From Octopus sinensis (taxonomy: Eukaryota), in NCBI RefSeq assembly GCF_006345805.1, contig NC_042997.1, positions 151,962,001 to 152,026,000 on the forward strand: a stretch of 64,000 nucleotides of DNA, given 5' to 3'. Position 1 is the stretch's first letter, and each line of letters opens with the position of its first letter. Below are positions 11,798 to 25,089 of the stretch, in pieces. Below the pieces are notes generated by a model. That model saw only the letters and a list, made by a program, of their open reading frames with translations. It was not told the DNA's origin and did no database searches. A program made the translations under genes and the position numbers.

Positions 11798-12085
11798 TGA
11801 CCAATTTTATTGGAGCTTAATCTCAAGGTACAGGAATCTTATATGTATACCATTCTGCCTAAATAATGGAACTACATACAATATCCCTGCATATCTTTAT
11901 TTTCATTCTTTCACTCACTCTTTGTTTCATATCTTATCTAGAATACCTATTGCTTAACCATTTTCTCACACCGTCTCCGATGAAGGGATATATAAAATAT
12001 CCCGGAAACAGCTGTAAGACCTATTTATAAATGTTCTGAAATCTTTACAGTCTTGGATCTTTATCTCATTCTGTAAAATTTAGTA
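11798..12085 (+). mobile_element. Non-coding repeat family carrying a hammerhead ribozyme (Penelope-like element remnant)
   Basis: Colinear with the reverse complement of 40122-40400 over ~280 bp. Confidence 0.7.
11973..12020 (+). ncRNA. Minimal type-I hammerhead ribozyme (CCGAUGA core variant)
   Basis: gtct-CCGATGA-a-gggata(tataaaa)tatccc-g-GAAA-cagctGTA-agac. Stem I gtct/agac, stem II gggata/tatccc, palindromic stem III cagctg, GUA cleavage triplet. Confidence 0.75.
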
Positions 12086-12736
12086 GTCATATGTGAGCAT
12101 ATAGATACAAAAATATATATGCACGAGTATAAGTATATAATTAGTATATACATACATATAATTATATGTATATATGTATATACATACATATTAGTATATA
12201 CATACATATCTATGCGTATCCAGACACAGAAACACGCGCACACATACACACACAAGCATATATGTATATATAATTTGATATGTTTGTGAGAGAGTGCGTG
12301 TAGATCGTTGTGTGTATTCGTGTATATGCGTTATGTACATGATACGTGCTTAATTAGTAGAGTGTAAGTCTATCACACTGCACTTCTATGCATGTTCGTC
12401 TTTCGTTGCGTGAAGTATGTGCATGATCCTGCATATGTGCGTGTGATTGAGAGGTGTACGCGAATGTGGGAGAGCTAGATAGGTTGCATGTTCGTGTACC
12501 AGTGTTTGTGTGTTTGCGTTAATAAACATATGTCGGCAAAAATTGTTAAAACAAAGTAGACGAAATTGAAATTAAAATTACATTTATATATTTTTTTAAA
12601 GATCATCGTGCATTTCATAGTTCATTCATGTCATACATACACAGCTTAGGGAACCAACCTAATACAAGTGCCTGTGCTCCTTTGCTCAGGTTTAGTGGAT
12701 AATTATAGCAATTCTTGAACTAATACAATTAACTTA

Positions 12737-13023
12737 TTTGTTCCTTCTCGAGCCGCGCCTGGCTCATAAGGGCCGGTTTCCCAGTTTCCTTGGCGTATAA
12801 TTTCCCCACCTGGATGGGACGCCGGTCTGTCGCAGGTGAGCTGCAAGTTGCAGGAGGAAAGAGTGAGAGAAAGTTGTTGCGAGTGAGTCAGCAGAAGTTC
12901 GCCATTGCCTTCTGCCGGAGCTGCGTGGAGCTTAGGTGTTTCGCTCATAAAAACACACACCACCCTGTCTGAGATTCGAACCCGCCATTCCGATGCTCTA
13001 ACCACTAGGCCATGTACCTCCAC
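12737..13023 (-). mobile_element. tRNA-derived SINE with a Meta/V-domain-like central box
   Basis: A-box tggcctagtggttagagc, B-box gggttcgaatctc, and cctgcgacagaccggcgtcccatccagg...gaaaccggcc resembling the MetaSINE/V-SINE domain. Confidence 0.8.
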
Positions 13024-13996
13024 ACATTTTACTTAGGTCCAAACAATTTTCAATTTGGATAGTAGTGATCGTTGTGGTTTTATCGCTTTATGCAACCATT
13101 TAAAGAAGTGCAGTCGGCTTTCACATTAGTCATAGCGCAAATATTTAAGTAAGACTGACGCTTTCCGCCCGAAGCAACAGTAAAAGCTGACTTCAGTCGC
13201 GAAGTTCCTCTTGTTGCTATTTCATAATGCCGCTATCGCAGGTGTACGAATGCTAGGTGACATTGAGTAATGAGAGAAGACACAGTATATCAAGTGGACT
13301 AGTGTCTTACAAGCTTCAAACTGCCCGAGATCATAAACGTTTTAACTTTTTTTTTTTGTAAGTCAAGGTATCTCATCTGATGGAGTCAAGATGGGTAAGT
13401 TGCTATAGATATAACACCTATTGAGGAAGAAACACCTGTCAATTCTTATTCTATTTTAAGCTGACAATCAGACTACTTTCTCTTTTTCTGCAAATGTAAA
13501 TCAATTTTGGAAAACGCTAAATTCTAGAGTTGATTGCTTCTCACTTGAATTTGGTTGCAATTGCCACATGACCTTTCTTTTTGTCTATTTTCGAAGAAAA
13601 TATAATTTCTATAGATAAAAGTTTATCTTGCATTGTTCTTCATATACATTTGTTCGTCCTTATGGTCTAGTTTCATGCTAGCGGTTATTCTGATATCGCT
13701 TAGTTCATTTCGGCTTTATGCTTGCATGCATGTATGTGTGAATGTATGTATGTATGTATGTATGTATGTATGTATGTATGTATGTATGTATGTATGTATG
13801 TATGTGATGGTAGTGGTGGTGGTGTGGTGTGCTTGCGTATATGTATGTATGAGTGCATGTGTAACTGGAAACGGAAACTTCATGAATCGTAAATACATAC
13901 GAACAAACATTTAACGAATGACTCAACGTAAGGCACATGTTACGCAAACAACAACGCTGCGATCGTCACAACAACGACAGACAACATATACGCATA

Positions 13997-14334
<338 letters not shown>

Positions 14335-14447
14335 GATAGATAGATAGATAGAGAAATAGATATAGATATATATGTACATATATATGTATATATATATACA
14401 TATTATATACTTTTGTATATGTATATATACATACATACATACATACA

Positions 14448-14479
<32 letters not shown>

Positions 14480-15180
14480 CTAATTGCTTGCAACGGAAGC
14501 TGTATTAGTACCAACAGGCAATTTTTACACTCAGCTTAACTTGGATGACTTATTAGAACACCGAATTCTGCGAAAGAAACTTTGACACAAGCGCTTGATG
14601 CATAAAAACAATCATAGTTTGTAGTAGAAGAGAACCTTCTGTCTGTTATGGTCACCCCTCCCCCATATCATTGGACATCATCAGTACCAGCATCGGGTCA
14701 CTGCATGCCAAACAAATCTTGCTTCTAAGGTATATAGGATACAGCATTTTTACAGCTACTGATGTCGCAAATAGCCTGATGGTTCGTTAAAATTTAATTA
14801 TGAGCGACTAAAGAAGTGTGAGTACAAGAAAACAATCTTTAAATTCCTGGAATGCGGTGACTGGACTCCTGCCGCTGATAATGTCTAGTAGAATGAAATA
14901 CCGTAATTTAGAAATTCCGGGGCCCATAACTGACAATTCTCGTCTGCTACGTTCTAGATGTGTCATTTTGTGCACCACGAGCCTAAAAACACAGTATTCG
15001 GTGTTCTTCCAGTGTATATAAAATATGTTTGTATACGTGTATGTATGTATGTATGTATATATTTGTATACATGTATGTATATATGTATATGTTTGTATGC
15101 ATATGTAAGGCTTCGAATGATTTGTCTGTGTTCCGTGTTTGTCCCTTCCTGTATTTCTCGTTCTTTATATATAAACATTT

Positions 15181-15219
<39 letters not shown>

Positions 15220-15908
15220 GCGTTTATAAATACACCATCAAGTATACATATATATATATGTAAAAAGAAGAGAAAGATAGAAGAGGTATACATAATCGGA
15301 ATTAATGTCCCTATAAATAAAATTTTGCCTCTGTGGCTGTGCGTGTTTGTGTGTGCGTATGCTTCTGTGTGTCTCTGTAGAAATGCGCATTATATAATGC
15401 ATAAATATACAGACAAATTTATTCATATGCATACAAGTATGTATATGAATACAAAATTCAATATAAGAAATTTTGTATGTAGGTATAGCTATTCATATCA
15501 TATGCTTAAACACATTTATATATTTATATATCTTCTCCTTTGCATGTTGATGTATTTACAATTACCGTTATGCACACATTGATATCAAAGTGTCTATGTT
15601 TCCTGCGAAATCAACAATATTTTTTTACACGCCAAGTCGCAGTCTATATATTGATATACTGTATCTTGTCTCATTACTCAATGTCAGCTAGCATTCTTAC
15701 ACTGGCGACAGCGGTATTATAAAATGGCATCGAGAGATATGTATAATATAAATTCTAAAAATATTAAATGCCTTTACAAATTATCATTCTCCTTAAATAT
15801 CTAGAGTATATTTTCATTTTATACTCTGTTATTATTTCACGTGATACTTGCAGCCTTTAAATTTACCCACTTCGGTACATATGTACATGCACATATCTTT
15901 TGTTTTCC

Positions 15909-15989
15909 ACTTGTTTTATATATTTGACTGCGGCTTTGCTGGGGCACCACCATTTAAAATGATGGAGTTCAACTGTATCGAAAAGATTA
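15909..15989 (-). mobile_element. SINE family A 3' tail fused downstream of the 7SL-like sequence
   Basis: Minus strand ggtggtgccccagcaaagccgcagtcaaatatataaaacaag vs family A end ggcggtgctccagcatggccgcagtcaaatgactgaaacaag (41626-41667). Confidence 0.75.
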
Positions 15990-16217
15990 CCAGTGGACGA
16001 CTATTCATAGGTGCGATTTTACCAGCTACTTTTCCGCCTTGGGCCGAATCGATCCTGCTTAGACAACCTGGTCCTGATAAGCACCATATAGATGCCGAGC
16101 TTAGCGCGGACACATCCGATCGCCAAAGAAAACCGACTGCCGGGATTCCCATCCTCAAACCGGCCAACCAACCAAGCCTCAGAGTAGCTGGATTACAGGA
16201 TCACTCCACAACTCCCC
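15990..16217 (-). ncRNA. 7SL (SRP) RNA-derived sequence with internal deletions (pseudogene or SINE head)
   Basis: Minus strand: cctgtaatccagctactctgaggct ... gcgatcggatgtgtccgcgctaagctcggcatctatatggtg ... accaggttgtctaagcaggatcgattcggcccaaggcggaaaagtagctggtaaaa ... atcgcacctatgaatag. Colinear with metazoan 7SL (CCTGTAGTCCCAGCTACTC; CCGATCGGGTGTCCGCACTAAGTTCGGCATCAATATGGTG; CCAGGTTGCCTAAGGAGG; GGCCCAGGTCGGAAACGGAGCAGGTCAAAA; ATCGCGCCTGTGAATAG). Confidence 0.9.
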
Positions 16218-16240
16218 TGTATATATATATATATATATTA

Positions 16241-16325
16241 AGTAGCATTCACCAACTTAAACAAGGAGACAGTCCAGAAGAGTTACAGGAGATTCCGAAA
16301 TCGTCTGGAGGCCGTGATCGAAACC
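16241..16325 (+). pseudogene. Tc1/mariner-superfamily transposase C-terminal fragment
   Basis: [27 protein letters not shown] resembles the terminal 'F..RLEAV..A.G' motif of IS630/Tc1/mariner transposases. Confidence 0.65.
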
Positions 16326-16326
16326 A

Positions 16327-16398
<72 letters not shown>

Positions 16399-18547
16399 CG
16401 TCTGTGTGTGTGTGTGCAAATGTGTATGTGTCTGTGTCTGTGTGTGTGTTTGTGTGTGTTTGCATGTGTGTAACAAATAGGTAAACTGTCGCGTAGATCC
16501 TGTGAAATATTGAGTAGTCTGAATCCTATCCCTCAAGTGTTAGATATACTTAACGTTTCCTCGTGACCCATAAGTTAATTGGCAGATTAGTATTAAATAC
16601 GCGCACACTTTCGCGCGCGCGCACGGATACACACAAACACACGGACGTAAACAAACACACAAGTATATACACACATACAGCCACCAACGTGCAACAACAC
16701 TTGTCTGCGTATGGTGGGGACAAATACATTCGACAGTTAGCAATTAAGTAATTATAAAAGATAACAACTATAAAAAACACTCCCTTTGAGGAAGAATTTT
16801 ATTTGATATGACATAAAGACTTCAATGTGAAATTTATGGGAAACAAATAATTTTAGGTAGTAATTTAAGCATTTTTAATTCACTGACTTCTACTTAACTG
16901 TATTTGACACATCAAAACTACCTAACTATATTAATGACATTATCACGTTACGGTTTTGTATACGCAGCGTGTCTTTCCATAGCTATAAACACCCTTATAT
17001 AAAATTTATCATATTTACAGACGTATCAGAACAGAATCTAACTTGCTTGTATGGACTCGCTGAAAAAAAAAAACTATGTTAGTTTAATACACATTCATAA
17101 ACAGTATTTCGCACTTCTATGAATGCACCTACCCGCTCATCACATCTTCTGTTTATTCATCTAATCAAATAGAAAAATAGAGAATCGATTGAAACTGCTA
17201 TCAGTCCATTACCATTCAGAGATAAAAACGAGAGCTTCATGACATCAATTATCTTGTGTGATTGTTTTCTTTAAATTACTCGCTTATTAGAAAGATTATC
17301 TCGGAAAGTGGGGTTATAACGTACTTAGGTACTTAGCAGAAGTTATTGCTGCTGAAAGGTTTTGTATGGACGCCTATTTGCTTCGTTGCTATCCCAGTTT
17401 TCTATAATGAAAGAAAATCATTCGCTAGAAATGATATAGGAAAAGATAGGAAAAGTAATGATGAAGGCGAGAAACTGAACATTAGCGCCAAGATTTCTCT
17501 CCTTTATCAAGTTTTCGTTGAAATGTTATCACTGACTTTGATTTGCGATAAAATAGTAGTGGTGACAGCAATAATAACTACAACAACAATATCTCAACAT
17601 TTATAATCCAATAATATATATATTAGCGAGTAATAATTACAGAACGTCGTTTTTCGACTTTGATAGCAAATTGGTTACTTCAGTGAAGAACTACAATAAT
17701 CTTGAAAGCCAAATTCTTAAATTGGAGATTTTGCAAAGAAGAAAATATATTGGTATATGTAAATGGCATATGGCAAACAGCTTAGCTAGCCCTATCGTTT
17801 CGTGATAAAGAAAACATTTCGCTTTGTCACTAAACAACAGAAGTGGGAGATAATTAACTAGCGAAAGAAACGAAATAAAAAAAAAAGTAGTCACCGAGTT
17901 TATCTAGGTTTTAGGCAATACTGATTGTTAAACCTACAATCATGACAAAACAAAACTAATAAGGAAATCATCACTTCCTGCAGTAATTTTAGAACTAATC
18001 TTCTAATCTCTTCTCATAATCAATATTCCTTCATACTGACTTATAAAGCAAAATTTAATTTCATAGTTTGGCACAAATATCACAAATTTCAGGGCTATAT
18101 TCGTTTGAATAAACCCTACCATATTTGATCGACCTTGAAGCACAGCATTTTCTGCTAAAGTAATTTTTGCAGATTAACTTTCTAATCTCTCTTGGAGTTT
18201 GGAAGATTAAACAAAGTTAACCCTGCTGAGATTCCACCTTACACTGTTAAGCAACATTAATAAATAATGTATAGCATGCATTACATTTCCTAACTAAAAT
18301 ATTGAGCAAGAGAACCTTTATGCAGTCTTGAAATATCGCCCTAAATCACACCTCACCTTGAATAAGCAAAGTTTACCAACTACTAAAAGGTGGGTTAATC
18401 ACGGATGGAATGCTTTTAATCAAAGGTTTTCTGTCAGAGTTGCCCACCAAAATAACAGTTTTAATATAGTAAATTTTTTTTTCTGTATTTTTGTTAAAAG
18501 TTAATTCACTGTTCTGACAGCAATTTATCAACCATGCTTGAACAGGT

Positions 18548-18680
18548 TTGGTTGTGTGGTAAGAAGCTTGCTTCCCAACCCACCGGATTCAATCCAACTG
18601 AGTGGCACCTTGGGCAAATGTCCTTGGGCTGACCAAAGCTTGTGAGTAGATTTGGCAGACGGACACTGACAGAAAATCTT

Positions 18681-18711
<31 letters not shown>

Positions 18712-18922
18712 TTGTACCTGCGATTGTCCTCCCACCCACCGCCTGACAACCGGTGTAGGTGTGTTTATGTCCCTGTAACTAGCGGCTAGGAAAAAGAGAT
18801 CGATAGAATAAGTACCAGACTTTTAAAAAATATAGGTACCAGAGTCGATGCATTCGACTAAAAATTCTTCAAGGCAGTGCCCCAGCATGGCTGCAGTCTA
18901 ATGACTGAAACAACCAAAAGAT
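18548..18922 (+). mobile_element. SINE family A
   Basis: tgtgtggtaagaagcttgcttcccaacc head, ggcaccttgggcaa CORE-like box, internal (TG)n, 3' end gtgccccagcatggctgcagtctaatgactgaaac. Confidence 0.88.
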
Positions 18923-19420
18923 GTTGAAATACAAAAAATATCAAGAAATAAGATCATGATTAGGATGTACTTTATAGGGATCTCTTACACTGGCAAAAGG
19001 AACTTACATGTTGTAAGTATTGGTATTCATCCTCTGGACTCTGGTTAGCCCTGATAAAATCAGCCAAATGTTTCAGCAACCAGTTATTCTCGAATCACAT
19101 TGAAACCAATGTAGCATTCGTTTCTAAGTCAGAGAGATTTGAGTGACATTCAGCTGCTATTTTTAGTTGGTATAGTTACCACTTAGAAAGTATGTTGTTG
19201 GATCAGAGACAAAACACAAAAGTATATATTACTTGTACTTATTTTATCAGTTCCCGACGGAGGAAAACAAAAGTCTCTGGTAAAGAATTTCATCCCCGGA
19301 CCTCGATGCACGAAGCTAAGCGCTGCCAAGCCTTTAGTCCACTGCTCCACTCTGTTTCTCTTTCATTCTGTATGGAAAGGAAAAAATAATAGTCTGTTAG
19401 AATAGTGTTCAGTCCTCTAG

Positions 19421-19466
19421 TGCATTAGGTTTCACACAAGCGAAGTGGAATTTCTAAAGTGGCTGG
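19421..19466 (+). CDS. Possible micro-exon
   Basis: tcctcTAG| CIRFHTSEVEFLKWL g |GTAAGT. Consensus donor, modest acceptor, no homolog recognised. Confidence 0.2.
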
Positions 19467-19669
19467 GTAAGTATCTCTTTCTGTTTTATAGTTCACAATC
19501 TGACATCAGTTATAACCATTCTAAAGCATCTTAGCTAATAATTATCTGGAAGCAATTTGATTAACTCTACCAGATTTAATGTGTACATTACGTCAAATAA
19601 ATATATGCAAACAATATAGAATATGAAGTTAAATTATCCATCTTGTTAAAGTATTCCTACATATTGTTT

Positions 19670-20097
19670 AGATCTTTTCCGTTTGAACGGTAGTTTTTCC
19701 AGCGGTGTCATATGAAATTGTCACCCATAATTATGACCCTAGTATCGATCTATTGCATTTCAATCTGTTTTAGGGTTAGGGTTAGTTAGGGTTAGGGGTG
19801 GGGGAAGGGTATCTTTTTTTCTTCACAAATGTAAATAAACACCAATCTGTTTCTTAAACGAGGGATATATTCATACGGCACAGAATGTTTTTTTTTACCT
19901 CAATAGACGTCAGTGATTGGTTGAAATTGCAGAAATTGAAGAAAAAAAACAACAAATATCTTACAAACTATAGAATTTTCTCAATAAAGCCAAGAGAAAA
20001 AGATGTTTATAAATACATTCTACCGGTATACGAAGTTTAAAACTTTTTAGTTACCTAGAAATTATGTTAAAAACTGCCGTTCAAACCGAAAAGATCC
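19670..20097. mobile_element. Non-autonomous TIR DNA transposon (MITE), 8-bp TSD, possibly Merlin-like, with internal TTAGGG repeats
   Basis: TIRs agatcttttccgtttgaacggtagtttt / aaaactgccgttcaaaccgaaaagatcc; TSD tattgttt at 19662-19669 and 20098-20105; ttagggttagggttagttagggttagggg at ~19770-19798. Confidence 0.9.
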
Positions 20098-23000
20098 TAT
20101 TGTTTCACTCATTTTCTTTCACAAATATTCTACTTGACCTACTCTTGATTTAAAATGGTTAAAAGTTTCCTTTAAAAAATTATGATTGAAACCAGTTTTG
20201 ATGTTCATAAACATTTTAAAACTTTGAAAATTATTTCATACACACTCTTTATGATTCTTCCTTTTCTTATTTTTCATTCCACCCACTCCCCATTTTTTTC
20301 TTCTTTTCCTGGTGAATGATATCACCTAGTAGGCCGCATTAGTCAATGTCAAATACATAAAGTAGCGATGAAATTAATGAGAATTTGATTAATCACTTGA
20401 AACGTTTCTTTCGCCAAGCGAGTATTTCAAGACATGATGACTAACGGCCTATTTGAAAATGGGTTAAAACAAATTTTTGCAGCCAACAAGTTTATGATAA
20501 ATTATTTTGCTTAATATGACTGACAGATATAATCATACAGTCGTAGAATTAATAATCTTTTATATGAAAAAAAAATTATAACAAAATGTTGTTGACGCCG
20601 ATGTCAGTTGGGTCTGTAATATAACCAACTTGTGCTTCCGATCAATTTTAAGGTTTGGGGGAAAGTGTATGAAAGGAAATCAATACGGAGAGTATATTAG
20701 ACTTATGACATACAGATATTACTTAACTAGTATGCTTTGCTAATATAAAAATCATCATTTAATAATCTTCAAACATCTTGAGATAACGATTTCGACATAT
20801 TTCATCTATATAAAGGCATTATTCGAGAAGACAGGTTTTTCTTCCTTGTCATATCCTTTTAACTTATATTAACAATATTTGAATACTAAAAAGATCTCAT
20901 AAATAATCGACATAGAATGGAACGATAGATATCATCCGTGGAAATATAATCCTGATTTGTGATGAGCGTAGCTCAGTAAATTTTAACATCTTGTCATAAA
21001 ACTTCAGTTTAATTTTTGTCTTATAATTTATTCAAGTGATGACTGACAGCCTAGAATATATATTGACATAAGATTTACTCCTTTTAGATAACATCAATTA
21101 TACAATATTCTCGGTATATAATATAAAGTAAGGAGAATATGCTAAAATAAGAGCGACCAGTGAAACATGAATCATGGTATTTTTAATTTGAAATTATGTT
21201 GCAGAGTCAAGACCTTCGTCGTTGTCATCATGATCATGATGATCATCATCATCATCAGTTGTAGCAGAAGCAATATTGTCACCATCACCGTTGTAAATCA
21301 TTTAGGCCTGAAATTACTGTAGGCTATTGTCGGCAATCTTTAAGTGACCATCGCCTATTGATAATTTTCGTTTATGTGTCTGGCACCTTTTTTTCAAGGT
21401 CTTTTGGATTATTTCCAGTTAAGGTTTTTATAGTTTCTATAAATGAAGTTAGAGATGCTTTGTGTTGCAGTTTGAATAGGAACATTAAATGGTTCAATCG
21501 ATTTTCTTAATCATTCTAGCATAACACTACTTTTGTATCAAAATGGCCGTCGTGCAAAAGGATATTCATAGAATATGACCCACCACAGACTCCTCATTCT
21601 CGATACTCTGAAGAATTCACGAACAAGTAATTATCCACACTAGTCTGCAGTAAAGCCCACTATTCGGGAGTGCAAAGTTATACCACTCTTAAATAGCGCA
21701 ATGCCGATTTAGGGATGGTGTGTAATATTCTATTATTTTCTGTAATGTTACTTCTTTGGCACTGCACCTGTTTCTGATAATGGATCGAATATTACAACGT
21801 ACCATTTCTTTCGCTAATAATATTAATACATGAGACATTTTACAAAAAAAAAAAAATCAACAGGTTAACAATTTCAGCAGATGTTGCAAGAATAAAGATA
21901 GAGAACTGTTTACAGTCTACATCTACGAAAGACATCGTTGTCAAATCGTGTCAGTGGTACATCTGTGCTCGTGGTCAATATATACGGCTATCAACAGACA
22001 ACTCTATTTACATGTGTATATGAAGTTTCCATTTACATATGAAAATGAGGTTTGTAAGCATCGTTTGTACTATAAATACAGTTTGTTGGTTACGATACAG
22101 TGATAGGTAATTTCCACGAGATAGGCAAATTCCACAAGAACGACACCTGAGATAGATCAGTTGTACTATCACCTACGTGACGCAACGGAAATCGGTGATA
22201 AGTATCGGCTCTAGTATTTTGGTGGGGGAGGGGATCTAAAAAGATGTGAACTACGTTCACAGTACAGGAATGAGAGCAATTAGAAAATATTGTTTGTGAG
22301 TCTTATACAGTAATAAGATAATCTATCGCAGAATAAAATAAAATAGGGAATCATACTTGTTTATTTGCACAGGATTTTAATTACCAGCAAAAGAAATTAA
22401 AATTTGAGTCACATTTTTAAACAGTTTTAGGGAGACAAGTAGGAATAGCAAAAAGTTTAGATTGCAACAACGTGATTCTGGATTTGACTCCACTGGGGAT
22501 ATGTCGTCTGCCATAGCCTTGTGGTGGAAATTTCTCAGAGAGTAATAGTGCTGAAGATATGGATGCCTGCAAAGGAAGAAAATAACGTCGAGAAAACCGA
22601 ACAAAATCATATTTTTGAACCAAGTTACTCGCTACATTTTTTTCGGAATCTTGTCACTCATGCCCTCCTAAATACAGTGAACCAGTGACAGGTCTGTTTA
22701 AATCCTGTAACGGTATTCTTCATTTATTGGCATATAAAATATAATTACTCATAAGATTCGACTAAAGGAGTACTTATTTCGAATAAAGCACGCCGTTCAC
22801 CAACTGTTTGATCGACACAATGGCACATATATTAGGAGAAGAATATAATCCATTACTAATACTTAATTACATCAAAGTAGGTTGATGAATGAAGGCCAAA
22901 GTAGATAGGATGGGATTCGAATCCAGAACGTTAAAATCCTGACTAAATATGGCATCCCTCTATTCTTTTTACTATATTACCACTCTTGATTATTAAAACG

Positions 23001-23229
23001 GAACTTATTTATATTTGGTAGTAAAGTTTATGAGCATATTTTATTGCTTTATATCGATTTCTAATTGTTTAATCATAACGGTATTTCAAAGCTTCGGTTC
23101 AACCAGCTTCCATTAGACAAGATACAAATAACAATAATATTTTCCCTTCATCTACTCAGAAAATGTTGTTGTTTTTTCTTTTATTTAGAAGAAGTATTTA
23201 TTCGCAGGAGTAAATGAGTCACAAATATT

Positions 23230-23546
23230 GGTTTCAGACTTTGGCAAAAGGCCAGTAATATCGGCGGAGGGACTAAATCGGTTAGAGCGATGCCAGTGCT
23301 TAAATGGCAAACTCAGAACGCAAAGACTGGCGGAATACCGCTAAGCATTTTACCCGACGCACTAACGGTTCTGCCAGCTCTCCACTTTAAATGAGTCACA
23401 AATATTTCAAATTTTGGCAGAAGGCCAGGAATTTCAAGGGCTAAATCGATTGCTTCGACCCCAGGGCGAACGGAAAGTGGACCCCGGTAGAATTTGAACT
23501 CGGACTTTTTGCGTGGAGTGCTAACCATTCTGCCAGCTTGCTGCCT
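23230..23546 (-). mobile_element. Two tandem deleted copies of SINE family B
   Basis: Two ggc(g/a)agctggcagaa heads on the minus strand; taaatga(g/a)tcacaaatatt at 23211, 23388 and 23547. Confidence 0.8.
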
Positions 23547-25051
23547 TAAATGAATCACAAATATTAACGACTATTTAATCCCTATAGATGCAAGTAATGG
23601 TAATCTTACTATCACCACTAAGTGAATTTAAATAGTAATTAAAAATTTTATTGCTCAGCTTATGTTGTTGGTTTTTTTTACGTTAGGAAAAGTTATTATT
23701 GTAAAGTGTTTGAAATTACATTCATTGTTTCCTAAAGAAAAATAAATGTACAGCCAATGCGGTGGTAGGGGAATTGATACATGAGAAGAAAATTACGGCT
23801 AAAATAGTTAAGCCACCCATTAAACTCCTTTTGATGAACCGAGTTCATGACTTCTACCTCCATTGGCTCCGATCCATGTGTATAATGTTATTTTAGCTGT
23901 AAGTACAAAATTGTGTTTAAACTCTCCGACCATTACGTGTATGCAAGTGTACAGTGGTGTGCATACATATAGATACTTACATTCGCTTTCTTTTTCTACA
24001 AATTTCAGTTTTGTCTCTCTATCCTCAGACTGTCTAATAGTTAGTCAGATCTGGAGAAAAAGAAAGAGTTGGAAATAAATGAAAAACACAAGCAGAAGTA
24101 TGTGCACAAGTTATTGTGTGAGTCTTTGTATTTGAGTGTATGAGTAAATTTGCGTAGGCACTTTCCAACGATATAACACATCATAAAAAGCTAAGACAGC
24201 AAAATTATGAGTCTATGAGGTCGTGATTGAAGTGTGTAGGTGCGATAAAAGTAATAACTACAGTTACTAGAAATTCGCTATGCTTTGTGAAGCAGTGAAA
24301 CAAAATATCGTGCAAAAGGCGATATATCAGATAATTTTGATTTTACAAAATTCTATAATATTAAATACATCGCTGAATGTCTCAAAAAAACAAGCAAGAT
24401 TATGCATTTTAGGATCGCTTTTAAATGAGACGGTTAAGGTAACTCGGTACTATATGAGTGAAATAGTTAAAGTTACAAAAGTGAGAAACTTTTAGATTAA
24501 TGTGTTTTAGATTTACATAATGAATTGGACATGCATATACACAAATATATGCTTACACTTAGTTACTATTAACTCCAGGCCACAACGGACAGAGAAGATT
24601 CTCTTGAAGCCATGAATTCGAGGTTACGGAGACAATAATTACATATCGCCTGAGGAAACACAACTATATTTCATAGTGCAAGGAAACGGTTGCATAATCA
24701 AGTACCTGCATGCCTGGAGAACTGCGTTACATAGAAGCAATCGTTGTGATTGAAAATAAATGTCTAACCGTTGGAAGCAGAGGGTGAAACCTGAAGGTAG
24801 ACGACCTTTATACTGTACTCGACTATGTTCTTAACAGAATATACCATAACTACATTACGTGTGTGTATGCGTTTGTGCATGTGTGTGTGAATGTATGCAT
24901 GAAGGCACGAGGTCTAGCGGTTAGAGTGTTGCACTGACAATTTGAAATTCGTGGAGGCCTTTCTCTGATTGCATAGGCAGCTAAAACAACGAAAGCATAG
25001 GCATATTACCAATTCATGCTCGCATGCGGTTTGACGGCTATGACTTGCTCT

Positions 25052-25089
<38 letters not shown>

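Noticed and set aside
15848-16480. 210-aa ORF, the longest in the window
   Set aside because: It is the antisense of the 7SL-derived element read through (TA)n, an out-of-frame transposase fragment and (TG)n.
19770-19800. TTAGGG repeats as a telomere or fusion relic
   Set aside because: Only about 4 units, and internal to a TIR/TSD-bounded transposon.
22160-22205. Cluster of CRE/ETS-like motifs (tacgtgacgcaacggaaat) as a promoter
   Set aside because: Short motifs with no linked gene start; cannot be supported from sequence alone.
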